Shown here: positions 36,192-46,130 of the stretch, in pieces
Layout: the number at the start of each line of letters is the position of its first letter
How positions within the stretch are numbered: the stretch's first letter is position 1
Virus record (IMG/VR): IMGVR_UViG_3300046453_000060
Coordinates: 2,207-66,206 of that record
DNA length: 64,000 nucleotides
Source of the DNA: a virus
Taxonomy: Duplodnaviria > Caudoviricetes
Reading direction: 5' to 3' (one strand)
Notes under the pieces: model-generated
Database searches by the model: none
The model's input: only the letters and a program-made list of their open reading frames with translations
Told to the model about the DNA's origin: nothing
Program-made: the position numbers and the translations under genes

Positions 36192-36978
36192 GGGCGCCCT
36201 CCCCGCGCTGTTTCAGTTGCCACTTCGCCCACTCGCCCGCTACCCAGTTGACGCCTTTCGGGGTGAAGCGCGCCGAGTTAAACGCGTGCCCGCTGTTCTC
36301 CGCAGTGCCGGCCTTGACGCAGAATCGCCCAGCGTCGATGTGCTGCGAGTGCGGGGTCAGTTCGCCATTGAGGCGATACAGGATCTTCTCCTCGATGAGG
36401 AAGTCGCGGAATGCGTTCTCCTTGGCGCCCAGCAGCTTCGCGACCTGGCGAAAGCCCTTAAGGCCCGTTGAGTCGACGTAGCGGCCCACGAACTCTACCG
36501 CCGGCGCAGCAGCTGCGATTTCAGCAGCTTGCGCTTCGATCGTCTCCTGCTGATCAGCTGCCAGTCGTAGCGCTTCCGCAAACGAGCGAGGCAAGGCGGG
36601 CTGCGCCACCGACGCGCCAACGACTGAATACGCTCCGGTGCGGCGAATGGATGGCAAAACGTCGTGTCGCACCCACCGCTTGAACGCCTTCGCCTCGGAC
36701 TTCCGGCTGCCCAGGATCAGGGCATACAGCCCCGGCTCATTGACTGCAACCATCTGCTGGGCGCCGCCGGGGGTCTGTATTAAACGCAGTGCTTTCTCGT
36801 CATCGTCCAGCCGGCGCGTTTGGTCCGTTGTGATGCCAAGCACGGCGCATACATCTTGCGCCACAAACCAGGCTGCGCCGTCGTCATCGGTAACGATCCT
36901 GATCTGAGCGCCCTCGAACTGGAACGGCATCGGGCCGGCGCCGCCCGTGGAATTCTGCAAACTTAGAATGCTTCCCAT
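36184..36978 (-). CDS. Phage antirepressor (Bro-N + KilA-C/ANT)
   Basis: WFVAQDVC, VNEPGLY..ILGSRK.EAKAFKRWV..DVLPSIRRTG, PRSFAEALRLAAD, FTPKG. Confidence 0.92.
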   Translation of the reverse strand: MGSILSLQNSTGGAGPMPFQFEGAQIRIVTDDDGAAWFVAQDVCAVLGITTDQTRRLDDDEKALRLIQTPGGAQQMVAVNEPGLYALILGSRKSEAKAFKRWVRHDVLPSIRRTGAYSVVGASVAQPALPRSFAEALRLAADQQETIEAQAAEIAAAAPAVEFVGRYVDSTGLKGFRQVAKLLGAKENAFRDFLIEEKILYRLNGELTPHSQHIDAGRFCVKAGTAENSGHAFNSARFTPKGVNWVAGEWAKWQLKQRGEGAHV

Positions 36979-37001
36979 ATCAATCTCCTAATGGCGCCGC
37001 T

Positions 37002-37487
37002 TCAAGCGGCATCCCTATAGACGTGGCCTTCGTCGATCCGCCGGCGAACCAGGTTCATCGCCGCAACCACCTCGGCGCGGCTTGCGATGTCCATCTGCCC
37101 ATCGTGGACCGCCAGTGCGGCCTTGATGTCGCTGAGGCCTTCGCCATCGAGGCGGAAGCTCTTGGTGCGCTCGCTGCGCGTCTTGGCCCGGAATGCCCCT
37201 TCCAGCGCGACGTTGAAGGTCGACTCGTGCTCGGCGCCAATCCCTGCCTCGGCCAGCGCGAGCCCGATGTTCAGCGCAGTCACCACGACGGACCACGCCT
37301 CTTCGGTCGCGGCGCCGGTTGCGAGCTGCTCCAGGTTGAGCCAGTACGCCAACCCCAAGTCCTGCAGCTGCCCGTCGTTCAGTGGCGCCGCATCCTGTCC
37401 GCGTGCGTGGCATTTCGCGACCACCGTGAGGCCGCCGGCGAGAGCTATCGGGCGCGGACGGTATTTCTTGTTGCGTGGCTTCTTCAT
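37002..37487 (-). CDS. Hypothetical phage protein
   Basis: MKKPRNKKYRPRP; RBS gaggagg. Confidence 0.75.
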   Translation of the reverse strand: MKKPRNKKYRPRPIALAGGLTVVAKCHARGQDAAPLNDGQLQDLGLAYWLNLEQLATGAATEEAWSVVVTALNIGLALAEAGIGAEHESTFNVALEGAFRAKTRSERTKSFRLDGEGLSDIKAALAVHDGQMDIASRAEVVAAMNLVRRRIDEGHVYRDAA

Positions 37488-38872
37488 ACCACCTCCTCAA
37501 ACAGATCACGCTGTGGCGCCGGTACCGCAGCGGCCTCCGCAGCCGCCTTGACAGCGGTCCATTCATGAGTGATTCGCGCCCTGGCAATCTCGACATATTC
37601 CGGCGTCATGTCGATGCCGATAAACCGGAATCCCTCGCGCATGCAGGCTTTGCCGGTCGAGCCACTACCCATGAATGGGTCGAGTACCAGGCCGCCGGGC
37701 GGCGTAACCAGCCGGCACAGGTAGGCCATCAGGTCAGTTGGCTTGACCGTTGGGTGGTTGTTCTGACTGGTCTTGTCGGTACCTTCGGACTGGAAGCTAC
37801 CGGGATTCTGGTCGCCGCTCGACCAGTGCAGCGGCTTGCGATCGAGTTGCCCGCAGCCCTCGTTACGGTCGGTGCGACTGGCCTTGGCGCAGTAGAAGAA
37901 CCGGGCGGCACTCCCGTTGTCACCGCGACCTATCGGCAACGACCCCATAGAGCCGCGTTTGAAGTTTGTAGCGGTTTCACTGGCCGGCGAGCGAAATCCG
38001 CCACTATCCCCAGAGTCATGGCTGGATGTGCAAGGGAAGGCCGCAAGCACTTCGTCGCTTCCATCGTGGATCAGGTTAGCGGGCCAGCGCCCGGCGGCCG
38101 CAGTGCCGCCGCCGGCATGGAGGTTCGTCGCCCCTTCTTGCTCGGCGCTGCGCGTGCCAGCGTGGCCGCGGTCGCCCGAACAGTTGCGGGCGTACTCGGC
38201 GTCAAGCACCTCGACCCGGCACCCGTCGATATTCATCGCCCCGACGCCGTGCGCCAGGACATTCGCCGCCACGGTGCCGATCAGCGGCTTGCGCGCCACG
38301 CAGATAGGTTCGTGCGCCGGTTTGAGGGCGGTGCCCCAGCCTTCCCACTGGCGGGCGGCTTCGGTTGCCGGTACCGTAACCTCTTTCCATTTCGCCGCCT
38401 CGACAGACTCAGAGCCGACCAGCTCATCGCCACCACGCGCGGCGCGGCAGCCTGCACGCACCATTTCGCCGGTACCGAACCGCTCAGCGCCCGCCGCCTT
38501 GTCGATAGCTTTCGACACGTCGAGACTTTTCGGGAACCCCGACCCATAGACCCACATGATTTGGTCGCGAATCTCAAAGCCGGCATCCTCGATCGCGCAC
38601 GCCATGCGGTGATAGGTGCGGCTGCCCGAGAACGCGAGCAGGTGGCCGCCGGGCTTGAGCACGCGCAGCGCCTCGCGCCACATTTCGACGCTGTTGGCGA
38701 TGCCGGTCGAGTCCCAGGATTTACCCATGAAGCCGAATTCGTAGGGCGGGTCGCAGACAATCGCGTCGACGCTATCACTGGCCATCGGGCGCATCTGCTC
38801 CAGGCAATCGCCCAAGCGCAGATCGAACGGCAGCTCGACTTCGCTAACTTCGCTCGTGTTCAGATCGCGCAT
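37484..38872 (-). CDS. Orphan DNA amino-methyltransferase (N6A/N4C, beta-type order)
   Basis: DPPY, GFPKS, HPTVKP, LDPFMGSGSTG. Confidence 0.92.
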   Translation of the reverse strand: MRDLNTSEVSEVELPFDLRLGDCLEQMRPMASDSVDAIVCDPPYEFGFMGKSWDSTGIANSVEMWREALRVLKPGGHLLAFSGSRTYHRMACAIEDAGFEIRDQIMWVYGSGFPKSLDVSKAIDKAAGAERFGTGEMVRAGCRAARGGDELVGSESVEAAKWKEVTVPATEAARQWEGWGTALKPAHEPICVARKPLIGTVAANVLAHGVGAMNIDGCRVEVLDAEYARNCSGDRGHAGTRSAEQEGATNLHAGGGTAAAGRWPANLIHDGSDEVLAAFPCTSSHDSGDSGGFRSPASETATNFKRGSMGSLPIGRGDNGSAARFFYCAKASRTDRNEGCGQLDRKPLHWSSGDQNPGSFQSEGTDKTSQNNHPTVKPTDLMAYLCRLVTPPGGLVLDPFMGSGSTGKACMREGFRFIGIDMTPEYVEIARARITHEWTAVKAAAEAAAVPAPQRDLFEEVV

Positions 38873-39387
38873 TCGATGACTCCTTCTTGGTTCAGTGTTG
38901 CGATGCACTCGGCCAGCAGCTCGCGCTCAGTACCGTACCGAGCCTGGAACGTCGCCTTCCGGCCGTGCACGCTGATCCGCTGGCGGATGTCGCTGTCGTC
39001 TTGCTGGTGGTGCTGCGGGCAGAGCGGAAGCACGAGGAAGTGCGCGCCTGGCTTCGTGCGCCCGTCGATGTGGTGCAACGAAATCTCGCGGTTCTCCCAG
39101 CCGTCCTTCTGGCAGGCGATGCACGGCAACTGCCCCATGCGGTCCATGAAGCGCGCTTCCTCCGCGGTCGGTGGGCGGCCCTTCATCCCGCGCGACTTCA
39201 TCGGCTTGGCCAGCTTTGGCGTCTTCGCTTCTTTTGCAGCCCTGTATCGGACTGCAGTTGAGCGCAGCATGCCGGCGCCGGCGGATGGGGTCTTGAACCC
39301 GCTGCCGCGAGACATTGGTGTTTTGCGCTGAAGCGGCTGGCCCTGCTTGAGCGGCTTGCCTTGCTTTAGGGTTGAGGTGCGCATCAT
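38860..39387 (-). CDS. Ref-family recombination enhancement nuclease
   Basis: LPCIAC, SLHHIDGRTKPGAH..VLPLC..HHQ, SVHG.K..F...YGTE. Confidence 0.85.
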   Translation of the reverse strand: MMRTSTLKQGKPLKQGQPLQRKTPMSRGSGFKTPSAGAGMLRSTAVRYRAAKEAKTPKLAKPMKSRGMKGRPPTAEEARFMDRMGQLPCIACQKDGWENREISLHHIDGRTKPGAHFLVLPLCPQHHQQDDSDIRQRISVHGRKATFQARYGTERELLAECIATLNQEGVIECAI

Positions 39388-39890
39388 GCGAATGCCTGGC
39401 GCGCGACCCGGCGCTGGCGCAGCGCCTCCTTGTAGCTGGCTTTCGCCTCTTTCTTTGTTGACTTCCACTCACCCGCAACGTCGGTCCGGTACTGCCAGTC
39501 AAGCCGCACATAGCGATATTTCGCCTCCCAGCCCCACTGGTGATTCCACTCGACGCGCGGCACGTTGATGCCCAGCCACTCGGCGAACGAATGCCCATAG
39601 TCGGCGTCCAGATATTGACCGTACCTGGTCGGCTTTGGCGGTTGCGGCAGGTTATCCAGGGCGTAGGTGCAGCCCGCGGCTGTGACGTGGAAAACCATGT
39701 CGTCGGCGCCGCAGAACTTTGGTGTCGGGCTGCGCCCCATCAGTCCAGCAGCCTCCAGCGCCTTCAGGTCGGCCAGATCATGGTGCCCCTCGGACGCTAC
39801 AAAGTGGTTACGGTACGACTCGCGGCGTTTCGGCGTCACGCCTAGCGTGTGATGTAGCAGGTGCAGTTGGTATTCAGTGGCCGCGGTCAT
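39384..39890 (-). CDS. Hypothetical phage protein
   Basis: LLHHTLG..YRNHF; coupled ORF. Confidence 0.7.
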   Translation of the reverse strand: MTAATEYQLHLLHHTLGVTPKRRESYRNHFVASEGHHDLADLKALEAAGLMGRSPTPKFCGADDMVFHVTAAGCTYALDNLPQPPKPTRYGQYLDADYGHSFAEWLGINVPRVEWNHQWGWEAKYRYVRLDWQYRTDVAGEWKSTKKEAKASYKEALRQRRVARQAFA

Positions 39891-40774
39891 GGCGCCACCC
39901 GCTTGAACTCGCCGCCAGGAAAGCCGTCGTGCTGCACGCCGTCGAGCAGGCGGCCGGCGGCTTTTTTGCCGACTTTTGTGAAATGGTGGTCATGAGCAAG
40001 ACGGAACGCGGGCTCTTTGTCTGGCGTGGCGCCACATCCATTGATGGCTGATCCGTTCGACTCAACGGGCAGCCACTCGCCCCATTGTTTGAACAACATC
40101 GGCACGTCGGCTGCGGCGCATTGATCGCGCAGACTGCGAACCCAGTCCGGATGCATTGGCCGCGCGCCGGGACCGCTCTCGCCGCCGCAAATAACCCATT
40201 CCGGCATGATCGCGAGCGGGATTTCACCCAGGTCGGCCAGCATCGGCTCGACACTCCAGAATCGCACGTGCGCAGGAATATCCACCAATTCCGCAGCATC
40301 ACGCAGCATCTCTTTCCGGCTGGTGATCGTTGCGCCGATGTGCACATTTTTTTGACGAATAAGCCATCCGGCCGACCGTGCCCTGCAAACCATCGCCCAC
40401 ACGTTGCCGATCCGCTTCGTCAGCAGCAGCCAGTCGATGTTCGGCGTCTGCTCAATCAGCGTGAACAGGTCATCGCGCCACTGCGGGTCGACCGCATTGT
40501 CGAAGACGTCGGCCAGGCTTGCGCAGAACACGCGCTGCCGGCGACCATGCTCGGCGAAGAACTTCTCGTGCGCGGCATTCCAGGCCAGTGGCTGCTTCCA
40601 GTTCGCCGGCGAGGTCCGCACGCGCTCGGCGCCTGGGCCCCACTGCACCTTCTTCAGCCGGTCGGCCATCATCGACTCGGCGTAGCAGTTGTCGCAGCCG
40701 GGGCTGACCTTCTGGCAGCCGACCCACGGGTTGAAGGTGTGGTCGGTCCATTCGATTTTGCTGTTCTGGGTCAT
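39887..40774 (-). CDS. Phage Gp37/Gp68 (DUF5131) protein
   Basis: SKIEWTDHTFNPWVGCQKVSPGCDNCYAE, LLTKR, WVICGGESG, FKQWGEW. Confidence 0.92.
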   Translation of the reverse strand: MTQNSKIEWTDHTFNPWVGCQKVSPGCDNCYAESMMADRLKKVQWGPGAERVRTSPANWKQPLAWNAAHEKFFAEHGRRQRVFCASLADVFDNAVDPQWRDDLFTLIEQTPNIDWLLLTKRIGNVWAMVCRARSAGWLIRQKNVHIGATITSRKEMLRDAAELVDIPAHVRFWSVEPMLADLGEIPLAIMPEWVICGGESGPGARPMHPDWVRSLRDQCAAADVPMLFKQWGEWLPVESNGSAINGCGATPDKEPAFRLAHDHHFTKVGKKAAGRLLDGVQHDGFPGGEFKRVAP

Positions 40775-41379
40775 GCTTCGATCCTCCGAAATTCCACCTT
40801 CCATACCCAAGGATTGGCGTCCCAGCTGCCGGCGCCATTTATGCTTTCCCATAAGTCGCGATACATCGCGCGCGGCATCGTCTCGCCGACGGGGGTGGTC
40901 ATCGGCACGCCGGCTGCGCTCGCGTTCAGGCCAATACCCTCGGCAATCGCATCCTGGTCGCTAATGTCCTGCAGCCGCTCGACGCGCACCGACACGATCT
41001 CCAGCAGGATGCGACTGGCCCAGCGCGGCATGTGGATGCTGGGCTTCCAGGGCAGTTTGCTGTCTTTCGCCCACGACGCCGGCGTGGCGCGGTAGTCGAC
41101 CTGCAGGCAATTCTCCTCATAGAGTGACCCATCGTTGAACGCACGCCACGTCTCACGCACCCACAGGCGGTCGCCCGGCTGGCCATAGGCGCAGTCCATC
41201 GGCTCCTCTTCGAGCATTTCGCTGTACGGCACGAGGTGCGGCCAGATCGGACCTTCGTCGTCGAGCGGTAAGTAATCGAGCTCGAAGCGCGATTTCACAG
41301 CGCGCCGCGTCTGCGTCTTGCCGCCACTGAGGATTGCGGCCACCATCGGGCCGTTGAACAGGATTGAGCGCTCTTTCAT
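40771..41379 (-). CDS. ASCH/PUA-like phage protein
   Basis: MKERSILFNG.MV.AIL.G.KTQTRR, GDRLWVRETW, WKPSIHMPRWASRI, NPWVW. Confidence 0.85.
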   Translation of the reverse strand: MKERSILFNGPMVAAILSGGKTQTRRAVKSRFELDYLPLDDEGPIWPHLVPYSEMLEEEPMDCAYGQPGDRLWVRETWRAFNDGSLYEENCLQVDYRATPASWAKDSKLPWKPSIHMPRWASRILLEIVSVRVERLQDISDQDAIAEGIGLNASAAGVPMTTPVGETMPRAMYRDLWESINGAGSWDANPWVWKVEFRRIEA

Positions 41380-42482
41380 GCGGCCTCCCGCAAAGCAGCA
41401 ATCGCGATCACTTTGTTGGGTGCCCGATCCCAGCCGCGAACCTCGTCGGCCGTGAACTTGCCGGCCTGCGACTGGTCCGCGGTGTAGCCGCTGAAGCCGG
41501 CTCGATGGTAGAGCTGATGCTCGTCGTGCCAGACGTTGAACAGCTGTTGATCACCCGGAAAGAGAATGTCGCGCAACTGGGCGGCACGCTCGAACTTCAT
41601 CACCTTGACCGCGCACGCCAGTTCCGCCTCCAAGCGCTTGCGACGGCGATCGGCATTGCGCCTGACCCGCAGATTGTCCGGGGCCGCGGCATAAAGCTCG
41701 AAGCTGGCAAGGTTGCGAACCTCGTACCGACCGACAACCACCCACCACATGTTGTTGATGTTGTACATGGCCGTGCCGCGGCAGATCCTGCCCTGCCAGT
41801 CGGCGAACCAGACCGTCTGCATGTGCTCCAACTGCCGCCCGTCCGCCGAGCCGCGGTTGTGTTGCATGCTCGGGTTCTTCTCGATGTAGCCCGACCAGTC
41901 GCCTTTGAAGTGCCAGCTGTCGCGATACTGCTGCTCGACCCACTCGGTGGCCTCGGCACCACCCGGGTGGGCGCCGAGCTTCTTTTCCTGCGTCTTGAAC
42001 GTATAGGCGGCGAACACGTTGCACAGGTAGTCGCGGATACGCCGGCGCGTGCGCTCCATCTCCAGGCGCAGCACATATGGCATGCGCCCCTCTTTGTTGA
42101 AGTCGTACTGGCCGCCGTTTCGATTTTCGGACGGGGTAACGTTCTGCCACATCTCGAGCTTGATGCATCGCCCGCTAATATCCAGATGGGCCTTAAGGTC
42201 GCCCTTGGCGCAGTCGCGCTTACTCTCCGCCGACCACCGCGCCACATCGCCGCCGTAGTGCTTGACGTCGCGTGGCTTAATTGCCGGCATGGCACAGGTC
42301 CAGCCGAGGCGATTCAGCGTCTGGACGATGCGTGCGAACACCTCGCGCTTGAACTTGCGTTCCCACGCTTTTTCGCCGGCGTAGCCTCCTTGGGCACGTG
42401 CAGCGGAAATGCCTTCCTCATAGATGTTGAGGCAGGCGTCGCCAAAGGTGATCGTGCCTTCGCGCTCAATTAGCGTGCTCAT
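41376..42482 (-). CDS. Conserved hypothetical phage protein
   Basis: 368-aa ORF coupled at both ends; RBS ggaggtg. Confidence 0.8.
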   Translation of the reverse strand: MSTLIEREGTITFGDACLNIYEEGISAARAQGGYAGEKAWERKFKREVFARIVQTLNRLGWTCAMPAIKPRDVKHYGGDVARWSAESKRDCAKGDLKAHLDISGRCIKLEMWQNVTPSENRNGGQYDFNKEGRMPYVLRLEMERTRRRIRDYLCNVFAAYTFKTQEKKLGAHPGGAEATEWVEQQYRDSWHFKGDWSGYIEKNPSMQHNRGSADGRQLEHMQTVWFADWQGRICRGTAMYNINNMWWVVVGRYEVRNLASFELYAAAPDNLRVRRNADRRRKRLEAELACAVKVMKFERAAQLRDILFPGDQQLFNVWHDEHQLYHRAGFSGYTADQSQAGKFTADEVRGWDRAPNKVIAIAALREAA

Positions 42483-42919
42483 GCCTCACCTCCACTGATG
42501 GTCTTGATGCTCACCGTCTCGCGCACCGACCAGGACGGCGCCAGGTCTGATGCTGGGCGCAAGGCTTGGCGGCGCGGGATGTTCTTCTTGCTGATGGCAG
42601 GGCTGGCGAACACGCTTGGGCGGTACTGTGCCGGCGTGTTCTGGCCGATCGGCTTCGATTCCTCCTGCCCGCTCGCCTGACTTTCGAGCCAAGTGCGCAG
42701 CGCGGGGCTGCAGTCAAGCTTGCCGTCAGGGAGTTGCGTCAGAACGCCGGTGCTTACGGCGCGCTGCAGTTTCTCGGCGCGCTTGTGCGAGGCGCAGCCC
42801 AGGTCGACCGCGGCGCAGAGTTCCGCCTCGACCATCGGGCCACTCTTGAGCAGGTGCTCAGCTGCCAGCCTGGGTGCAGTGCCTTTGTTGGGAACGTAGA
42901 ATTTGGGCTTGGCGCTCAT
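42479..42919 (-). CDS. Hypothetical protein (winged-helix-like)
   Basis: Coupled ORF; RBS ggagg. Confidence 0.65.
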   Translation of the reverse strand: MSAKPKFYVPNKGTAPRLAAEHLLKSGPMVEAELCAAVDLGCASHKRAEKLQRAVSTGVLTQLPDGKLDCSPALRTWLESQASGQEESKPIGQNTPAQYRPSVFASPAISKKNIPRRQALRPASDLAPSWSVRETVSIKTISGGEA

Positions 42920-43029
42920 GCGAGCCTCCGAATAGTGTATTTGGCTACCCAGCAATCAGGAGCGTGAGGCCTGCCCTGCGGGCGATAGCATGCTACGCAG
43001 CGAGGGGCGCCGTGGCGGATGTAGGTCAT
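42916..43029 (-). CDS. Small Cys/His peptide (37 aa)
   Basis: CVAC...H...C; ATGA overlaps at both ends. Confidence 0.45.
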   Translation of the reverse strand: MTYIRHGAPRCVACYRPQGRPHAPDCWVAKYTIRRLA

Positions 43030-43688
43030 GCGGCCTCCAGCATTTGTGCGCGAATGTCGCCGCCCCACTGCCGGGCGAATGCTTCTGCGATGGCGGGGTC
43101 GGTGCGGCTGCGCTCGCGCTCGCGGTTCGGGCCGGGCGGCATCATGTGGCAGGCGGCCACGATTTTTTCGAAGTCGTCCTTCTTGTGCGTCGGGACGAGT
43201 GGCGGCACGCCCTTGAGCCACAGGGCTGCAGCCTTGGTGAATGGCGAGCCAAACATCCATGGCTGGACGACCTGGTCGTACTTGCCGACGTGCTGCATCG
43301 CCAGACCGTGCGGCATCGAGTTCTCAAGCACGATCTTGGGGATGTCGCAGTTCTTGAGCTTGTTGAAGAACTCGACGCCCTTGAGGAAGTCGTCCATCCG
43401 GTTCGGGTAGCTCGGGTGACGGCGCCGCCCCGCGGCCGGGAGGTGCGTGTCGTCGGGGTGGTACATCCAGCGGATCCCGGCCAGATTGTTGAAGGTGCAG
43501 TACGGGTGCGCGATCATCATGTCGAAGCTCTCGGCGCCCGACTTGATCACGTCCAGCAGGTCGCCGCGGATATGCCATCCACGCGGGGCCTCGGTTTCAC
43601 GCAGATCGCAGGACACCGCGGTGTGCCCAAGGCGCGCAAAGGCATCCCGCACGCGGCCCGAGTATTCGCATCCAATCAGGATCTTCAT
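43026..43688 (-). CDS. DNA cytosine methyltransferase-like protein
   Basis: MKILIGCEYSG.VRDAF, SCDL, IAHPYCT, LEN, QPWMFG, LWLKG, ERSRT..IAEAFA.QWG. Confidence 0.75.
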   Translation of the reverse strand: MKILIGCEYSGRVRDAFARLGHTAVSCDLRETEAPRGWHIRGDLLDVIKSGAESFDMMIAHPYCTFNNLAGIRWMYHPDDTHLPAAGRRRHPSYPNRMDDFLKGVEFFNKLKNCDIPKIVLENSMPHGLAMQHVGKYDQVVQPWMFGSPFTKAAALWLKGVPPLVPTHKKDDFEKIVAACHMMPPGPNRERERSRTDPAIAEAFARQWGGDIRAQMLEAA

Positions 43689-44155
43689 GCCCGTACCTCC
43701 GCCAGCTCCCGAGTGAAGAAGTGCGCCATCATCGGCTCATGCACCGGCAAGGTATTGATCACGCGGATCGCGTAGTGATCGTCGTCAGCCATGATGTGGA
43801 AGCGGCGCCCCGGGCCCGCCCTCTCGCCGAGCGATTCCGAGGTAGGCGCCTTGCGCGCATACGACCGAACCGGAAGGCTATCCAGGCATTCGTCGACAGC
43901 AGCTGCGTCCAGCGCAAGACGGAAGACCGGCGAACCCATGCTGGTAGCGGTGCCGTCGACGTAGCGCGCGATTTCGATCACTCCGAGGTCGCGCAGGTCC
44001 GCAACGTATTTTCGAGCTCCGGACGGGCTCACGCTTAGCAAGTCAGCGATGTCCTCACGCATCATCTCGCGAAGCCGAAACGCGGCGATCAGGGAGCGAA
44101 TGCGCTCGATCCGGATCGCGGTGTAGCTGTGGGTTACGTGGTGGGCGCGGGTCAT
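43685..44155 (-). CDS. Winged HTH protein
   Basis: MMREDIADLLSVSPSGARKYVADL. Confidence 0.75.
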   Translation of the reverse strand: MTRAHHVTHSYTAIRIERIRSLIAAFRLREMMREDIADLLSVSPSGARKYVADLRDLGVIEIARYVDGTATSMGSPVFRLALDAAAVDECLDSLPVRSYARKAPTSESLGERAGPGRRFHIMADDDHYAIRVINTLPVHEPMMAHFFTRELAEVRA

Positions 44156-44679
44156 GATGCCCTCGCGATCTGATTGCGCGCCACGGCAACCAGGCGGTCG
44201 TCGGCGTGGTCCAGGACATCGAGCAGCAGCCGCTTTTCTTCCAGGTAGGTGACCGCGAACTTCGGATCGTTCTGCACGATCGACGAGGTGTTGCTGATCA
44301 GGTCTGCGACCTTGATCGTCTGAACCCAGCTCGGTGCCGCGGCGAGACGCAACCGGGAAGCCGCCTTGCGCTCGGCGCGATTACCCTGCTCCAGATCGGA
44401 CAGCAACATGACGCCGCGAGCGACGACGGCGCCGAACCGCTCGATCAGCTCGGCTTCAGTGACGCCTTGATCCTCGACGCAGTCGTGCAGCCATGCGACG
44501 GAAATAATCTTGTCAACGAATTCAGGGTGGATCGAGTTGAACTTTGGATCGTCGCCGGCGACAGTTGCGACGATGCCGGCAACTTCTGCCAAGTGATCTG
44601 CGTAGGGGTTGCCCGTGTAGCGCCGCGCTTGGGTTGCGTGAACCTGGCGCGCAAACACCATTGCCTCGAAGGCGATCAT
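44152..44679 (-). CDS. HD-domain (p)ppGpp hydrolase-like protein (SAH/Mesh1-like)
   Basis: FARQVH..Q.RRYTG.PY..H..EV, AWLHDCVED, FG..VA, IKVADLISN. Confidence 0.85.
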   Translation of the reverse strand: MIAFEAMVFARQVHATQARRYTGNPYADHLAEVAGIVATVAGDDPKFNSIHPEFVDKIISVAWLHDCVEDQGVTEAELIERFGAVVARGVMLLSDLEQGNRAERKAASRLRLAAAPSWVQTIKVADLISNTSSIVQNDPKFAVTYLEEKRLLLDVLDHADDRLVAVARNQIARAS

Positions 44680-45038
44680 GCTGCACCTCCGTCAGTGGCG
44701 GCATCGACCTGGCTCGCCGCCTGCTTCGCATTCATGCAGAGCGCCGCCAGGTATTCCAGGGCCTTGGCATAGCTCCACGCGTGCACCATATCGTCGTCTT
44801 CGGTCACGTCGTCGGCGGTCACGACGCCGCGATACGAAGTGTCAGTCCAGCTGATCTGGATGACGCGCTTGCGCCAGCCGATCTTGACGAGGCCGATGTT
44901 CGTTTCGACCAGCCACCACGGAGAGGCGGCGCGCTGCTCGATGTAGGCGGCGGGCCAGTAGCCGTTCGGGAGTTCGTGAATCGACTTCACATCGAATCGT
45001 GCCATCTCGAAGAGAGCGAGTGCGTGTTCGCGCTTCAT
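44676..45038 (-). CDS. Hypothetical phage protein
   Basis: LPNGYW, PWWLVET..G..KIGWRKRVI.I.W. Confidence 0.75.
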   Translation of the reverse strand: MKREHALALFEMARFDVKSIHELPNGYWPAAYIEQRAASPWWLVETNIGLVKIGWRKRVIQISWTDTSYRGVVTADDVTEDDDMVHAWSYAKALEYLAALCMNAKQAASQVDAATDGGAA

Positions 45039-45535
45039 GCCGCACCGCCAGTCTCGAACATGTCGGGAACGCGCGGGTCGCGCTCCGGCGCAGCCCGGGC
45101 AAAGTCAGCCTCAGTCAGCACGTGACGCTGTGAAGCGGACTTCACCGTCCAGATCACATCTCCTGGGCGCAGCCAGTCGTTCTCCGCGAGGATCGCGGGC
45201 AACTGGCAGCGACGGTACTGATTGCCGGTAACGGTCCAGAGCTCGATCGGGTCCGAAGTGGCGCTGACCAGGATCTCGGCGCAGGCTTTCTCCAGGCCGG
45301 CGCGGTCGGCGCCCTTGATGGCGTCGAACAGGTTGCGCACTGCCTGGTGGTGCGCGGCGCTGGCGCAGACGCGGATGTCGTCGCGCTGCTGCTGCAGGTA
45401 TTCGTCGGCGAGCGCGCGCGCTGCCTGCATCAGTTGGACTGCAAGGGTCGCCCAGTGCGGCTCGCGCGGATCGGCCGGGCTTGAAACCTGCGCTTCACCG
45501 GCGTGCGCCGCCGGATTTGGATTTGCTGTTATCAT
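45035..45535 (-). CDS. Hypothetical phage protein
   Basis: RBS gagga; coupled downstream. Confidence 0.7.
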   Translation of the reverse strand: MITANPNPAAHAGEAQVSSPADPREPHWATLAVQLMQAARALADEYLQQQRDDIRVCASAAHHQAVRNLFDAIKGADRAGLEKACAEILVSATSDPIELWTVTGNQYRRCQLPAILAENDWLRPGDVIWTVKSASQRHVLTEADFARAAPERDPRVPDMFETGGAA

Positions 45536-45689
45536 TCGTTCCTCACTTGTTTCACCGCTTCAGGAAGCCCGGTTGCCGCCGGGCTTTTTCATTTCTGCTG
45601 CTCTTTCAGCATCCTTTCGAACTTCTCCCTGCTCATCACATGCCCCGGCTCGATCGGTGGCGGCGCCGGTTGCTTTTCTTCCTCCTGAT

Positions 45690-46094
45690 TCATTCGCAGC
45701 TCTCCAGACCGAAGTCGACGCTTTCGCTGTAATAGCCGTTGCTCTCGCCGTGCCAGCGGATGTCGACGTAGCCCTTCGCGGTGGCGAACTTGTAGAAGGT
45801 CCAGGTCTCGCTGTCTGGCGTCCATTCCGGCGTAGGCACATCTGCCGGGCGCTCGTCGCTGCTCGACTCTTCGGCTCGCAAAATTGGCGAGCCAACCAGG
45901 TCGCTCAGGTCGCCGACGATGCTCTCGATACTCACGCCTTCGCAGCAGGCCTGCTCATGCCACATCAGGTACGTCTTGCCATCGTCAGTGGCGAAGCGGA
46001 TCTCGTCCTTGTTGTCATTGACGGTGACGCTGGCAAGTGTCTTGCCCAGCAACTCCGAAATCTCCTTGCGGTCCTCATAGCTCACGCGGCCCAT
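45690..46094 (-). CDS. Conserved acidic phage protein
   Basis: HEQACCE.V.IE...GD, SETWTFY, RWHGESNGYYSE. Confidence 0.8.
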   Translation of the reverse strand: MGRVSYEDRKEISELLGKTLASVTVNDNKDEIRFATDDGKTYLMWHEQACCEGVSIESIVGDLSDLVGSPILRAEESSSDERPADVPTPEWTPDSETWTFYKFATAKGYVDIRWHGESNGYYSESVDFGLESCE

Positions 46095-46130
46095 GACATC
46101 CCTTCCTTCTGTTGATCCATCTACTCCCTC

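Noticed and set aside
37475-42473. Plus-strand ORFs of 618, 336 and 369 aa
   Set aside because: Shadows of the methylase, DUF5131 and neighbouring genes
37484-43688. Restriction-modification system from the two methylases
   Set aside because: No cognate restriction endonuclease adjacent; orphan methylases are common in temperate phages
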